Source: Candidatus Levyibacteriota bacterium (lineage in GTDB: Bacteria > Patescibacteriota > Microgenomatia > Levybacterales > UBA12049). Taken from it: a stretch of 64,000 bases of DNA. Each line of letters starts with the position of its first letter. The stretch's first letter is position 1. The notes beneath the pieces were generated by a model that made no database searches, had not been told where the DNA came from, and saw nothing but the letters and a program-made list of their open reading frames with translations. The position numbers and the translations under genes were made by a program. Of this stretch, positions 26,648-35,708 are shown in pieces. The DNA is taken from positions 16,926 to 80,925 of the forward strand of contig JACQHJ010000004.1 of NCBI GenBank assembly GCA_016199085.1, read 5' to 3'.

Positions 26648-29020
26648 ATGAATAACTTTTTACTAAATATTACAAATATTGTTTCAATATTAATCTTTTT
26701 TTCCGTCTTTATAGTTTTAGCCGGAGCTTTGGTTGCGGTTCTTGGCTATCTTTTAATAATCTGGCATAGAAACAAAGAAAGAGAGAAAAAATCTCTTGAT
26801 TCAACGCTACTTCAAATAGCGCTTCCAAGGGAAAATGAAATTAAAATCGACGCTGCAGAACAGCTTTTTGCGGCTCTTGCAGGCATTAAACCAAGCGGAA
26901 GACTCTCCTTTTTAAAATACAGATATCCCATTTCCTTTGAGGTCGTTGGAATGCCAGGAGACATCAGATTCTATATCTACACACCCAATAAGTACAGGGA
27001 TATGATCGAAAAGCAGATCAACGCCTCATACCCCGACGCCGAAATTAAAGTTGCCGAAGAAGGAAATGTCAAAGGGGGAAAACCTGGTTTTATTCTGGGA
27101 AACGAATACAACATTTTCCAAAAAGACGGATTTGTCGCTTTTAAGCAGTTAAAACTCAAAGATTCAAACTACAAACCGATCAAAGTCTATAAAGATTTGG
27201 CAGTTGACCCCCTTTCTTCTTTAACGTCGGTTTTGTCCAAAATGAGCGAGGGGGAGGGAGCAGCCATCCAGATACTTATTTCGGGCGCCGATTCAAAATG
27301 GAGTAAGCTTGGAAGAAGTTTTATTGCAGAAACCAAAAAAAGAGAATCAAACCCAGAAACTGCAAAATACTCTTCAGATCCGAAAGAACTTGAGGGAATT
27401 GAGGGAAAGATTTCCAAACCAGGTTTTTATACCGTAGTAAGATTAGTTGTTTCATCAACTAGCAAGGAGGCTGCTGAGGCTCATTTAAATAACTTAGACG
27501 CTGCTTTTGATCAGTTTAGCGGCTCCAATTCTTTTACCAAAACCAGAATCTGGATGAAGGGAACCTTTATAAATGACTTTGTTTACAGGTATTTCCCAAT
27601 GAGAGGGTCTTTCTCGGTACTTACCTCTGAAGAGCTTGCGACAGTTTTCCATTTTCCAAACAAGTCTGTTGCGACACCTCATATCTACTGGTTAAATGCC
27701 AAAAAAGCACCCGCTCCCGTTCAAATACCGGAAAGCGGTTTATATCTTGGTATGAGCACATACAGAGGCATGGCAAAGCCAGTCTATATCCAAAAAGATG
27801 ATCGAAGAAGACACATGTATGTCATCGGAAAAACCGGTGTAGGGAAATCAGAGTTTCTAAAGGACATGATACTGCAAGACATTAAAAACGGAGAGGGAGT
27901 CTGTTTTATAGATCCGCATGACACAATCGATAAGCTTCTGCCTTTAATTCCGCCAGAACGAGCAGAAGACGTTATTTTGTTTGACCCCTCTGACACGGAT
28001 AGGCCGATGGGGTTAAACATGTTGGAAGCCCAGACTGAGCAGGAGAAACATTATATAGTCTCTTCAATAGTCGGACTTATGTATAAGCTCTATGATCCAA
28101 ATAAAACAGGTATTATCGGTCCTCGTTTTGAGCACGCAATTAGAAACGCGATGTTAACGGTTATGAGTGAACCCGGAGCTACTTTCATTGAAGTAGTCAG
28201 AGCTTTAACCGATTCAAGCTTTGTCCAAGAACTTTTGCCAAAAGTCCAGGATCCAATCATCAGACGCTACTGGACAGATCAGATTGCCCAAACCAATGAT
28301 TTCCATAAGTCCGAGACCTTGGATTACATTGTTTCCAAATTCGGAAGATTCGTTACCAATAAGATGATGCGAAACATCATCGGCCAGTCATATTCATCTT
28401 TTGACTTTAGAAAAGCTATGGATGAAGGCAAAATCCTTTTGGTCTCACTCTCCAAAGGAAAAATCGGAGAAGAAAATGCAAGCTTTTTAGGGTTGGTTTT
28501 GGTCCCAAAAATATTGGTAGCGGCAATGAGTAGACAAGACATGCCAGAAGAGCAAAGAAGAGATTTCTATTTATACGTTGACGAGTTCCAAAACTTTGCA
28601 ACCCCTGATTTTGCCCAGATTTTGTCCGAGGCCAGAAAATACAGGCTTAACTTAATCGTTGCCAACCAGTTTATCGGCCAAATGGACGAAGAGGTTAAAA
28701 ACGCTATTTTTGGAAACGTAGGATCAATAGTTTCTTTTAGGGTAGGCGTAACAGATGCAAATTACCTCCAGCATGAATATCAACCAACCTTTACAGAAGC
28801 CGATTTGATCAACATAGATGTTTTTAATGCTTATGTTAAAACAATCGTTAATAATGAGCCTGTAAGTCCGTTCTCCATGGATTTAACAAGAGATCTGACC
28901 AAAGAAAAACAAATGGAAAACCCAAGGGTAGCAGAGCTAATAAGGGAATTATCGAGGATAAAGTACGGTAAAGACGTAAGACTACTTGAGACCGCAATTG
29001 CCCAAAGAGCGAGGCTTTGA
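26648..29020 (+). CDS. VirD4/TraG/TraD-like type IV coupling-protein-family ATPase (membrane anchored)
   Basis: N-terminal TM helices, Walker A IGKTGVGKS and Walker B LYVDEFQNF, and a C-terminal KYRLNLIVANQ motif as in the TraG/TraD C-terminal domain. Confidence 0.7.
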   Translation: MNNFLLNITNIVSILIFFSVFIVLAGALVAVLGYLLIIWHRNKEREKKSLDSTLLQIALPRENEIKIDAAEQLFAALAGIKPSGRLSFLKYRYPISFEVVGMPGDIRFYIYTPNKYRDMIEKQINASYPDAEIKVAEEGNVKGGKPGFILGNEYNIFQKDGFVAFKQLKLKDSNYKPIKVYKDLAVDPLSSLTSVLSKMSEGEGAAIQILISGADSKWSKLGRSFIAETKKRESNPETAKYSSDPKELEGIEGKISKPGFYTVVRLVVSSTSKEAAEAHLNNLDAAFDQFSGSNSFTKTRIWMKGTFINDFVYRYFPMRGSFSVLTSEELATVFHFPNKSVATPHIYWLNAKKAPAPVQIPESGLYLGMSTYRGMAKPVYIQKDDRRRHMYVIGKTGVGKSEFLKDMILQDIKNGEGVCFIDPHDTIDKLLPLIPPERAEDVILFDPSDTDRPMGLNMLEAQTEQEKHYIVSSIVGLMYKLYDPNKTGIIGPRFEHAIRNAMLTVMSEPGATFIEVVRALTDSSFVQELLPKVQDPIIRRYWTDQIAQTNDFHKSETLDYIVSKFGRFVTNKMMRNIIGQSYSSFDFRKAMDEGKILLVSLSKGKIGEENASFLGLVLVPKILVAAMSRQDMPEEQRRDFYLYVDEFQNFATPDFAQILSEARKYRLNLIVANQFIGQMDEEVKNAIFGNVGSIVSFRVGVTDANYLQHEYQPTFTEADLINIDVFNAYVKTIVNNEPVSPFSMDLTRDLTKEKQMENPRVAELIRELSRIKYGKDVRLLETAIAQRARL

Positions 29021-29036
29021 TATAATTTCCCCACAT

Positions 29037-29107
29037 GCGCCCGTAGTTCAATGGTAGAACAGATGTCTTATACACATCATGCGTTGGTCCGATTCCAGCC
29101 GGGCGTA
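29037..29107 (+). tRNA. tRNA with anticodon UAU (tRNA-Ile reading AUA), CCA not encoded
   Basis: Manual cloverleaf: acceptor GCGCCCG/CGGGCGU (G1-U72), D-arm GTTC-AATGGTA-GAAC, anticodon stem GATGT/ACATC with loop cTTATAc, T-arm GTTGG-TCCGATT-CCAGC, discriminator A. Confidence 0.6.
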
Positions 29108-29124
29108 CATTGCCCCCAGTTTCT

Positions 29125-30348
29125 ATGAAAAACATTGTTATTTTAGCAGCAGGATTAAGCAGTAGATTCTGGCCTCTTTCAACCCAAGCCCACAAAGCAT
29201 TTTATAAATGCGGATTGGGTAGAACCGTTATTGAAGAAACAGTTAGTTCGCTTTTGCCCTTGAAGCCAAATGAGATAGACATTGTTGTTTCCCCGAAAGA
29301 TTTAGAAAAAGCAAAATTCCTTTTTAATAAAAACGAAAACATTAAGATTTTTGTTCAGGAAAAACCAACAGGAGAAGGAGACGCACTCCTTACTGTTTTT
29401 AAAAACAAAAGTATTAAGGGAAATTTTTTCCTGACAACGGCTGACAAGATAAACGCAGGAGAAATATTAAAGCTTCTTCAAAAAGAAAAACAGGCAATTG
29501 CCCTAAGAATTACAGATACTCCTCAATTTTTTGGAATAGCTAGCCTTGATAGTAAAAGAAACATTGTCCCAGTCGTTGAAAAACCTAAGGCAGGCAAAAA
29601 CCCTACAAATTATCGAGTGACAAGTGGGTATTTACTTGACGGAAAGTTTATAAATCTTTTAAAGAAGGTTCCAAGCAGCCATTACAGTCTTGAAGAAGCT
29701 TTAAGCAAATACTTTAAAACGAATGAAGTTAAAGGAGTTTTTGTAGATAAAATCGATGATGTAAAGCTGAAATTTCCCTGGGACCTTTTGTCAATTAATA
29801 AACAAATTCAAGGTAAAATTAGTTTTAAGCATATCGATAAAAGCGCAAAAATCGCTAAAACTGCAATAATTGAAGGACCAATTTTTATAGGGAAAAATGC
29901 AAAAATAATGGATTTTGCAAGCATAGTGGGTCCTGTTTACATAGGAGATGATTCGGTTATTGGCACACATAGTCTTATTAGGCAAAATGTTTTTATAGAT
30001 CAAGATGTCTTAATTGGTAGCGGATCTGAGGTCAAAAATTCAATTATTTATTCAGGTTCAAGTCTCCATCGAAATTACGTCGGAGACTCTATTTTGGAAG
30101 AAGACGTAAAAGTTGGTGCGGGAACCGTCTTTGCCAATAGAAGAAACGACAGAAGGGAGATTAAGACACTAATAAAAGAAGAAAAAGTCTTAACCGGTCT
30201 TACTTCTTTTGGAGCAGTAATAGCAAGAGGAACAAGGATAGGGATAAATTCAAGTATTATGCCTGGAGTAAAAATAGGTCAGAAAGCTCATATTTGGCCT
30301 GCGAGTTTGGTCTTGAAAGACGTTTTAGAAGAAAGTATTTTTAAGTAG
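29125..30348 (+). CDS. sugar-1-phosphate nucleotidyltransferase with C-terminal left-handed beta-helix (GlmU/GCD1-like)
   Basis: The N-terminus IVILAAGLSSRFWP has the nucleotidyltransferase G-loop. The C-terminal half has hexapeptide [LIV]G..xx repeats. The start is corrected to the ATG at 29125, after the tRNA. Confidence 0.7.
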   Translation: MKNIVILAAGLSSRFWPLSTQAHKAFYKCGLGRTVIEETVSSLLPLKPNEIDIVVSPKDLEKAKFLFNKNENIKIFVQEKPTGEGDALLTVFKNKSIKGNFFLTTADKINAGEILKLLQKEKQAIALRITDTPQFFGIASLDSKRNIVPVVEKPKAGKNPTNYRVTSGYLLDGKFINLLKKVPSSHYSLEEALSKYFKTNEVKGVFVDKIDDVKLKFPWDLLSINKQIQGKISFKHIDKSAKIAKTAIIEGPIFIGKNAKIMDFASIVGPVYIGDDSVIGTHSLIRQNVFIDQDVLIGSGSEVKNSIIYSGSSLHRNYVGDSILEEDVKVGAGTVFANRRNDRREIKTLIKEEKVLTGLTSFGAVIARGTRIGINSSIMPGVKIGQKAHIWPASLVLKDVLEESIFK

Positions 30349-30354
30349 ATAGAA

Positions 30355-30795
30355 TCAATGTTCTATTTGGTAAGGAACCAGGTTAGCGGGGTTAAACGGA
30401 TTTTCACTGAAAGCAAGGAGTGTTGCTGGCCCAGTAAAGATAAATAAATGTGCCACATTAGCGGGAAGAAGAATCCTCGTATTTACTCCTAGATTTCTGT
30501 GAACCTGCCTTTCTTTGGTGTTGGGATCTTCTAAAACAAGAGTATCTATATCTCCTTTATCTAAGAAAAAAAGCTCCCTATCTTCATGATAATGCTGACC
30601 CAGCCTGAATCCTTCTGGTCCTTCAGGAGTATTAATCCTTATTACCTTCATATTCCTAAAGGGCATTTCTCCATCATTTTGGAATTCAACTATTGTTCTT
30701 CGGTTATCTGTATGTGTTGGATTAACCCTTTCAATTACTACGCCTTGTAGAGGAGAGATTGGCCTAGCTGCTGATTCTAAAGGATGTTTTGCCAT
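30355..30795 (-). CDS. cupin-fold protein (WxcM/FdtA-like sugar isomerase family candidate)
   Basis: Small beta-barrel pattern with His/Glu residues (HYHEDRELFF). Its neighbour is a sugar nucleotidyltransferase. Confidence 0.45.
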   Translation of the reverse strand: MAKHPLESAARPISPLQGVVIERVNPTHTDNRRTIVEFQNDGEMPFRNMKVIRINTPEGPEGFRLGQHYHEDRELFFLDKGDIDTLVLEDPNTKERQVHRNLGVNTRILLPANVAHLFIFTGPATLLAFSENPFNPANLVPYQIEH

Positions 30796-30805
30796 TTCGG
30801 TTAAT

Positions 30806-31666
30806 TTATAGTTCAGTCAAAACTGAAGTTTCCTTACCTCGTTCTGGTACATATTGAAGATATCTTTCTGTAGTTGAAAGCCTTTTGTGTCCCAAAGCTT
30901 TGGATAAAACAAGAAGGGAAACACCGTGTTTTAAGTGGTGGGCGACGAAAGTATGTCTTAGATCATTTACCTTGGCACTTTTTATTTCAGCAAGCCTAAA
31001 ATATCTTTCAACAGCGGTTCTTATGTTTCTTATAAGGAAGGGTTTTCCGCTTTTTGTAACAAAAAGATGGTCATCTGTTACCTTTGGCCTTACTTCCATA
31101 TATCTTTGAAGTGCTTCAGTTGCTCTTTTGTTTAAAGGAATCGTTCTTTCCTCGTGTTTTTCAAAAGGAGCAATATGCAATGTGTCTTTGGCAACGTCTG
31201 ATAGCCTTAGGTTTGCCAATTCTCCGATTCTGATACCCGTTTGGAGCAGAAGTTCAATTACGGCAAACATGCGGGGATCATTTCTGGCTGCATCGCGAAG
31301 AGCTCTGTACTCGGTTGGAGTGAGTATTCTAGGTGGCGCAAGCTGGTATTTAGGGTGTGATACCAAAAGGGAAGGGTCGTCGGTTATATATTCATTTACC
31401 TTTAAGAATCTATAAAAAGTTCTGGTTGAGTTAATTTTCCTTGAAACAGACTTAGGCGTATATCCTTCTGAAGCCAGCTTTGCCAAAAAGCTTTCCAAAT
31501 CTTCCCTTGAGACTTCATGAATCTCAGCTCTTTTAAGTTCCTCAAGAAATGAGATCAACTGGTCAATGTCCTTGCCGTAGGCAACTACGGTTGAGTTTGA
31601 TTTTTGGTTTCCTTTTAGATAATTTTTGAATTCTTCGTGGGCATTTCGAAGTGCAATTGGTTTCAT
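30806..31666 (-). CDS. tyrosine site-specific recombinase XerC/XerD family
   Basis: An N-terminal SAM-like domain plus the catalytic R..HTFVAHH..G..L...LGH..L..T..Y tetrad (R-H-R-Y). Confidence 0.85.
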   Translation of the reverse strand: MKPIALRNAHEEFKNYLKGNQKSNSTVVAYGKDIDQLISFLEELKRAEIHEVSREDLESFLAKLASEGYTPKSVSRKINSTRTFYRFLKVNEYITDDPSLLVSHPKYQLAPPRILTPTEYRALRDAARNDPRMFAVIELLLQTGIRIGELANLRLSDVAKDTLHIAPFEKHEERTIPLNKRATEALQRYMEVRPKVTDDHLFVTKSGKPFLIRNIRTAVERYFRLAEIKSAKVNDLRHTFVAHHLKHGVSLLVLSKALGHKRLSTTERYLQYVPERGKETSVLTEL

Positions 31667-31767
31667 ATATTCTTACAATGGCCTATAATATCACTCTTTT
31701 TACTCTACGTCAAGAAGAAAAAGAGGCCAAAAAGAGACGAAATATGCTAATATTAAGAGAGTATTCT

Positions 31768-32106
31768 ATGAAAAAAATAGCCTACATACTAGTCGTTTTT
31801 GGCCTGGTTCTAATCATTAATAGCCTTATTCACTCGATTTATAATCTGTGGCAAAAGCAAGACCTTGTAACTTCGGCACAGAAAGAGCTTGATAAACAAA
31901 AGGCCTTAAATCAAAAACTTAAGGCTCAAATAGAGTACGCTCAAACCCCTCAATTTATAGAACAACAGGCTCACGATAAGCTCTTTTTGGTCCGTCCAGA
32001 CCAACAGGAAGTTCTTTTTTCTGATAAGCCTATATTTTCAGAGGAAAACATTAGTACCAAGGCTAATATCCCAAATTGGAGAAAGTGGCTAAACTTGTTT
32101 TTGTAA
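31768..32106 (+). CDS. FtsB/DivIC-like septum formation initiator (single TM + coiled coil)
   Basis: MKKIAYILVVFGLVLIINSLI TM segment followed by a coiled coil (QKELDKQKALNQKLKAQIEYAQTP). The ATG at 31768 is chosen because the listed 31651 start overlaps the xer start. Confidence 0.55.
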   Translation: MKKIAYILVVFGLVLIINSLIHSIYNLWQKQDLVTSAQKELDKQKALNQKLKAQIEYAQTPQFIEQQAHDKLFLVRPDQQEVLFSDKPIFSEENISTKANIPNWRKWLNLFL

Positions 32107-32128
32107 CAGCGACTTTAATTCACGATTA

Positions 32129-33115
32129 TTATCCTGCAGATATTTGGAATTGCCTTGAATCTTGCATTGCTCTTTGTGCAAAGCCTGACAATGGTCCTTC
32201 GCCGATTTCAACGAAACTTGTAGCTCCGATTCTTCGTGCTGTTTCTAAAGCCTCTCTAAATCTAACGCCGGAAGTTGACGCATTAATCAAATCTGCTTTC
32301 ATAGCATCAGGATCCAAGGTTGCCTCTGCTGTAGTGTTGCAAATAATAGGAAAAGAAGGTTTCCTAAAGGGGATTCTGGATAAATAATCAGTAAATCGAA
32401 GTTGCATCTCTTTCATAAGGGGACAGTGTGCGGCAATAGAAACGGCAAGTTGGATCGTTTTCTTGATTCCTAATTCTTGTGCATGAGCCATAGCGTTTGC
32501 GATATGTTCTTCTTTGCCGCTTAAAACAAGTTGGCCATCTGTGTTATCATTGGCAATCCATATACCTTCTTGTCCAAGTCTTTTCGATGTGGTAGAGCAG
32601 AGAAGTCGTGCAAGCTTGGGCGTTGCGCCTAAAAGCGCCAACATACCGCCTCTGTTTTCATCTTTTTCACCCACTTCTTTCATTAGTCTTCCTCTTTCAA
32701 CTGCAATACGTAGTGCTGTTTCCAAATCGACAACGCCGGCTGCTGCCATTGCGCTTACTTGGCCTGCACTATGCCCTAGAAAAGCAAGGGGTTGTTTTGT
32801 CTGATGAAGCAAGGGATTTACTTCAAGAAACGCAAAATAAGTTGCTAAGCTTACTCCGACTATGGCGGGTTGAGCATTTGCTGTGTCATCAAGTTTTTCC
32901 TTGGTACCATCGGACATGAGGGTTAATAGACCTGGTTTTATTAACTCAAGGTAATCAAAAACTCTTCGTGCAGCTTCAGAGTTATTGTACAAAGCGTTCC
33001 CCATGCCAATTTTCTGCCCTCCTTGGCCGGGTAAAAGATATACAATCTTGCCAGGAACTTTTTCTGTTTCAATAGGCGTTGAGACATCAAATAACTCCGC
33101 TCTTGCTACTGCCAT
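32129..33115 (-). CDS. fabD: [acyl-carrier-protein] S-malonyltransferase (FabD-like acyltransferase)
   Basis: LLPGQGGQKIGMG and the active-site motif GHSAGQVSAMAAAG. The listed 33151 start is a TTG, so the ATG at 33115 is preferred. Confidence 0.7.
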   Translation of the reverse strand: MAVARAELFDVSTPIETEKVPGKIVYLLPGQGGQKIGMGNALYNNSEAARRVFDYLELIKPGLLTLMSDGTKEKLDDTANAQPAIVGVSLATYFAFLEVNPLLHQTKQPLAFLGHSAGQVSAMAAAGVVDLETALRIAVERGRLMKEVGEKDENRGGMLALLGATPKLARLLCSTTSKRLGQEGIWIANDNTDGQLVLSGKEEHIANAMAHAQELGIKKTIQLAVSIAAHCPLMKEMQLRFTDYLSRIPFRKPSFPIICNTTAEATLDPDAMKADLINASTSGVRFREALETARRIGATSFVEIGEGPLSGFAQRAMQDSRQFQISAG

Positions 33116-33535
33116 AGACAGGATTATACAAAACAGTTTCCTTATAAACAATTGTGGTTAAGGGTTAGGCTTTTGGGATTAAGCCCTATCCTAAATTGAG
33201 GCTAAAAATTTGTGTTGCGGGGCTAGGAGTTGCGCCTAGCCTATGAGATTATGCATCTGTTTCTTAGGTTACCCTAAGTGTCGGACTATATCTTCATCCC
33301 AAAACTTGGGAGCTCAGCGTGTAGTCTCTACGGGAATTCAACTATTATTGAATCTTCCCTCGGTATTGTCCTAAAAATTTAGGAGTTCACCGATATAGCT
33401 GAGTACTATTTTGGTATTACTATCAAAATGGCCCATTATTTTAAGCCTCATGTGCACTGTACACTACCCCGCGCATAGAATACATTATAGCACGAATTTG
33501 CCTTAATTTGAAGCAAATGATAAAATAGTTTTTGC

Positions 33536-33608
33536 GCCAGGGTAGCTCAGTGGTGGTAGCGCCGGATTCATATCCCGGTGGTCGCGAGTTCGATCCTCGC
33601 CCCTGGTA
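33536..33608 (+). tRNA. tRNA with CAU anticodon (Met, initiator or lysidine-Ile cannot be distinguished)
   Basis: Acceptor GCCAGGG/CCCTGGT, anticodon loop tTCATAt, T-arm GCGAG-TTCGATC-CTCGC, discriminator A. Confidence 0.7.
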
Positions 33609-33618
33609 CTTTTCTTCT

Positions 33619-34395
33619 ATGCAAAACCCAATTGGAATAATAGACTCAGGAGTTGGCGGATTATCCATAGCCTCAAGTTTAATTAAAAAACTTCCCAATG
33701 AATCCTTTATTTATGTTGCAGATTCAAAAAACTGTCCTTACGGCCAAAATACTAGGGAAGAGATCTACAAATTGACCACAAAAATGATCAATTTTCTTTT
33801 AAAACAAAAAATTAAGCTCTTGGTTATTGCTTGTAACTCCATTACTGTTTCCTGCATTAATGACTTAAGAAGAGATTACTCTAATCTTCCGATTGTAGGC
33901 ATAGTCCCGGTTATAAAAACAGCCGTGGAAAAGACAAAAAACAAGAGAATCGGCATATTTTCCACCTTAATTACGGCAAATAGTAGCTATCAAAAAGATC
34001 TAATTGAAAAATTTGCTAAGGATGTTTTTGTTTTAAACAAGGGATCTTTATCGCTTGTGCCATTGATTGAAAATTTAAATTTTGAAGCCGTAGATGGAGT
34101 TTTAGAAAAAGAGTTAGAGTCTTTTAAAAAAGGAAACGTTGATACGTTGGCTCTTGGTTGTTCGCATTTCCCATTAATAAAAGACAGAATTCAAAAACAC
34201 TTACCAGGCGTTTTAATACTGGATTCAACGGAAGCTGTATCAAGGCAGGTAGAAAGAATTTTAGCTCATGAAAACCTGCTATCTAAAACCAATAATTCAA
34301 GTTATAATTTCTATACAACAGGAGATTTAAAAACATTAGAATACTTTGTCTCTAAATTGACAATTAAAGCTAAAACAAATAGAATTTCAATCTAA
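33619..34395 (+). CDS. murI: glutamate racemase
   Basis: IGIIDSGVGGLSIA and the second catalytic Cys region GCSHFP. The ATG is at 33619, after the tRNA. Confidence 0.85.
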   Translation: MQNPIGIIDSGVGGLSIASSLIKKLPNESFIYVADSKNCPYGQNTREEIYKLTTKMINFLLKQKIKLLVIACNSITVSCINDLRRDYSNLPIVGIVPVIKTAVEKTKNKRIGIFSTLITANSSYQKDLIEKFAKDVFVLNKGSLSLVPLIENLNFEAVDGVLEKELESFKKGNVDTLALGCSHFPLIKDRIQKHLPGVLILDSTEAVSRQVERILAHENLLSKTNNSSYNFYTTGDLKTLEYFVSKLTIKAKTNRISI

Positions 34396-35708
34396 TGAAT
34401 GACTTTAAGAATAAAAAGGTTGCGGTAATAGGCGGTGGAGTAGAGGGTGTTTCAAGCGGTGAATACCTAAGTAATAAAGGCGCAAGGGTCACTATCTTAG
34501 ACAAAGTTCAAGGAGAAAACTATTTAAAGGAACTAAAAGACTTTGATTTAATTGTCAGAAGCCCCGGCACAAAGTTGGAAGACTTAGAAAAACATATTGC
34601 TAAAGACAAAATTACATCCCAGACAAAGCTTTTCATGGAGCTTTGCCCATGTAAAATAATCGGTGTAACCGGAACAAAAGGAAAGGGAACAACCTCCTCC
34701 TTAATTTATGAAATGCTCAAAAAACAGGGTTTTGATGCATATCTAGGTGGTAATATTGGGAGGCCTCCTTTTGATTTTTTGGACAATTTAAATACTCACT
34801 CAATAGTTGTTCTTGAAATGTCCAGTTTTCAGTTAATTGACATAACAAAGAGTCCAAATATATCTGTCATGTTAATGATGACAAGTGAGCACTTAGACTG
34901 GCACAAAGACACAGAGGATTACATAAATGCAAAAAGAAATATCTTAAGATTTCAAACCGGGGAAGATTTTGCTGTAATAAACAAAGACTATCTGCCAAGC
35001 AGGGAATCTGATATTGAGACTCAGGGACAAGTGTACTTTGTAAGTAGGGTTGAAGAATGTGAAAGAGGCTGCTTTGTAAAAGAAAACGCTCTCTTTATAA
35101 GAGATAAAGGTGTAGAAGAAAAAGTAATCAATACAAAAGACATTCTAATTCCCGGAGAACATAACTGGGAAAATGCCTGCTCAGCCTCAATGGCAGCATA
35201 TTTGGCAGGTGTTTCATCTCAAAATATAGCAAATGTCTTAAAAGTATTTAGGGGTTTGGAGCATAGGCTTGAGTTAACGGCAACTATAAATGGAGTTAGA
35301 TATTATGATGATTCTTTTGCATCAACTCCTGAATCAACAATTGCGGCAGTTAAAGCATTTAGTGAGCCTGAGATTTTAATTTTAGGCGGTTCTACAAAAC
35401 ACGCTGACTTTACAGAACTTGGTAAAACAATTTTACATTCAAAAAACATTAAGGCAATAATTGGCATTGGAGTAGAGTGGGAAAGAATAAAAGAAAAGCT
35501 GGTTGGTTTAAGTCCAGACGTTCTAGTCCTAGAAGGAGCAGCGAGTATGAAGGCTATTGTTAACGGTGCAGCAAAACTTGCAGTAGATGGAGATGTTGTT
35601 TTACTAACTCCGGCTTGCGCCTCATTTGATATGTTTAAAAACTATAAAGATAGGGGGGATCAGTTTAAAAAAGAAGTTGCTGCCTTACAACAAAATGACT
35701 CAAATTAG
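34395..35708 (+). CDS. murD: UDP-N-acetylmuramoyl-L-alanine--D-glutamate ligase
   Basis: Mur ligase P-loop GVTGTKGKGTTSSL. It is adjacent to murI, the D-Glu supplier. Confidence 0.85.
   Translation: MNDFKNKKVAVIGGGVEGVSSGEYLSNKGARVTILDKVQGENYLKELKDFDLIVRSPGTKLEDLEKHIAKDKITSQTKLFMELCPCKIIGVTGTKGKGTTSSLIYEMLKKQGFDAYLGGNIGRPPFDFLDNLNTHSIVVLEMSSFQLIDITKSPNISVMLMMTSEHLDWHKDTEDYINAKRNILRFQTGEDFAVINKDYLPSRESDIETQGQVYFVSRVEECERGCFVKENALFIRDKGVEEKVINTKDILIPGEHNWENACSASMAAYLAGVSSQNIANVLKVFRGLEHRLELTATINGVRYYDDSFASTPESTIAAVKAFSEPEILILGGSTKHADFTELGKTILHSKNIKAIIGIGVEWERIKEKLVGLSPDVLVLEGAASMKAIVNGAAKLAVDGDVVLLTPACASFDMFKNYKDRGDQFKKEVAALQQNDSN

Noticed and set aside
31651-31767. Listed start of the FtsB-like ORF at 31651
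   Set aside because: It would overlap the xer start on the opposite strand and read through the promoter. The ATG at 31768, directly before the TM helix, is preferred.
33116-33535. RNase P RNA or SRP RNA assignment for the structured spacer
   Set aside because: I found no P4 (AGGAAAGUCCGG..) or SRP domain IV (GGAAGCAGCC) consensus by eye. It is kept only as an unassigned structured region.
33441-33698. 85-aa minus-strand ORF
   Set aside because: It runs antisense across the tRNA(CAU) gene and the murI start, so it is a shadow ORF.
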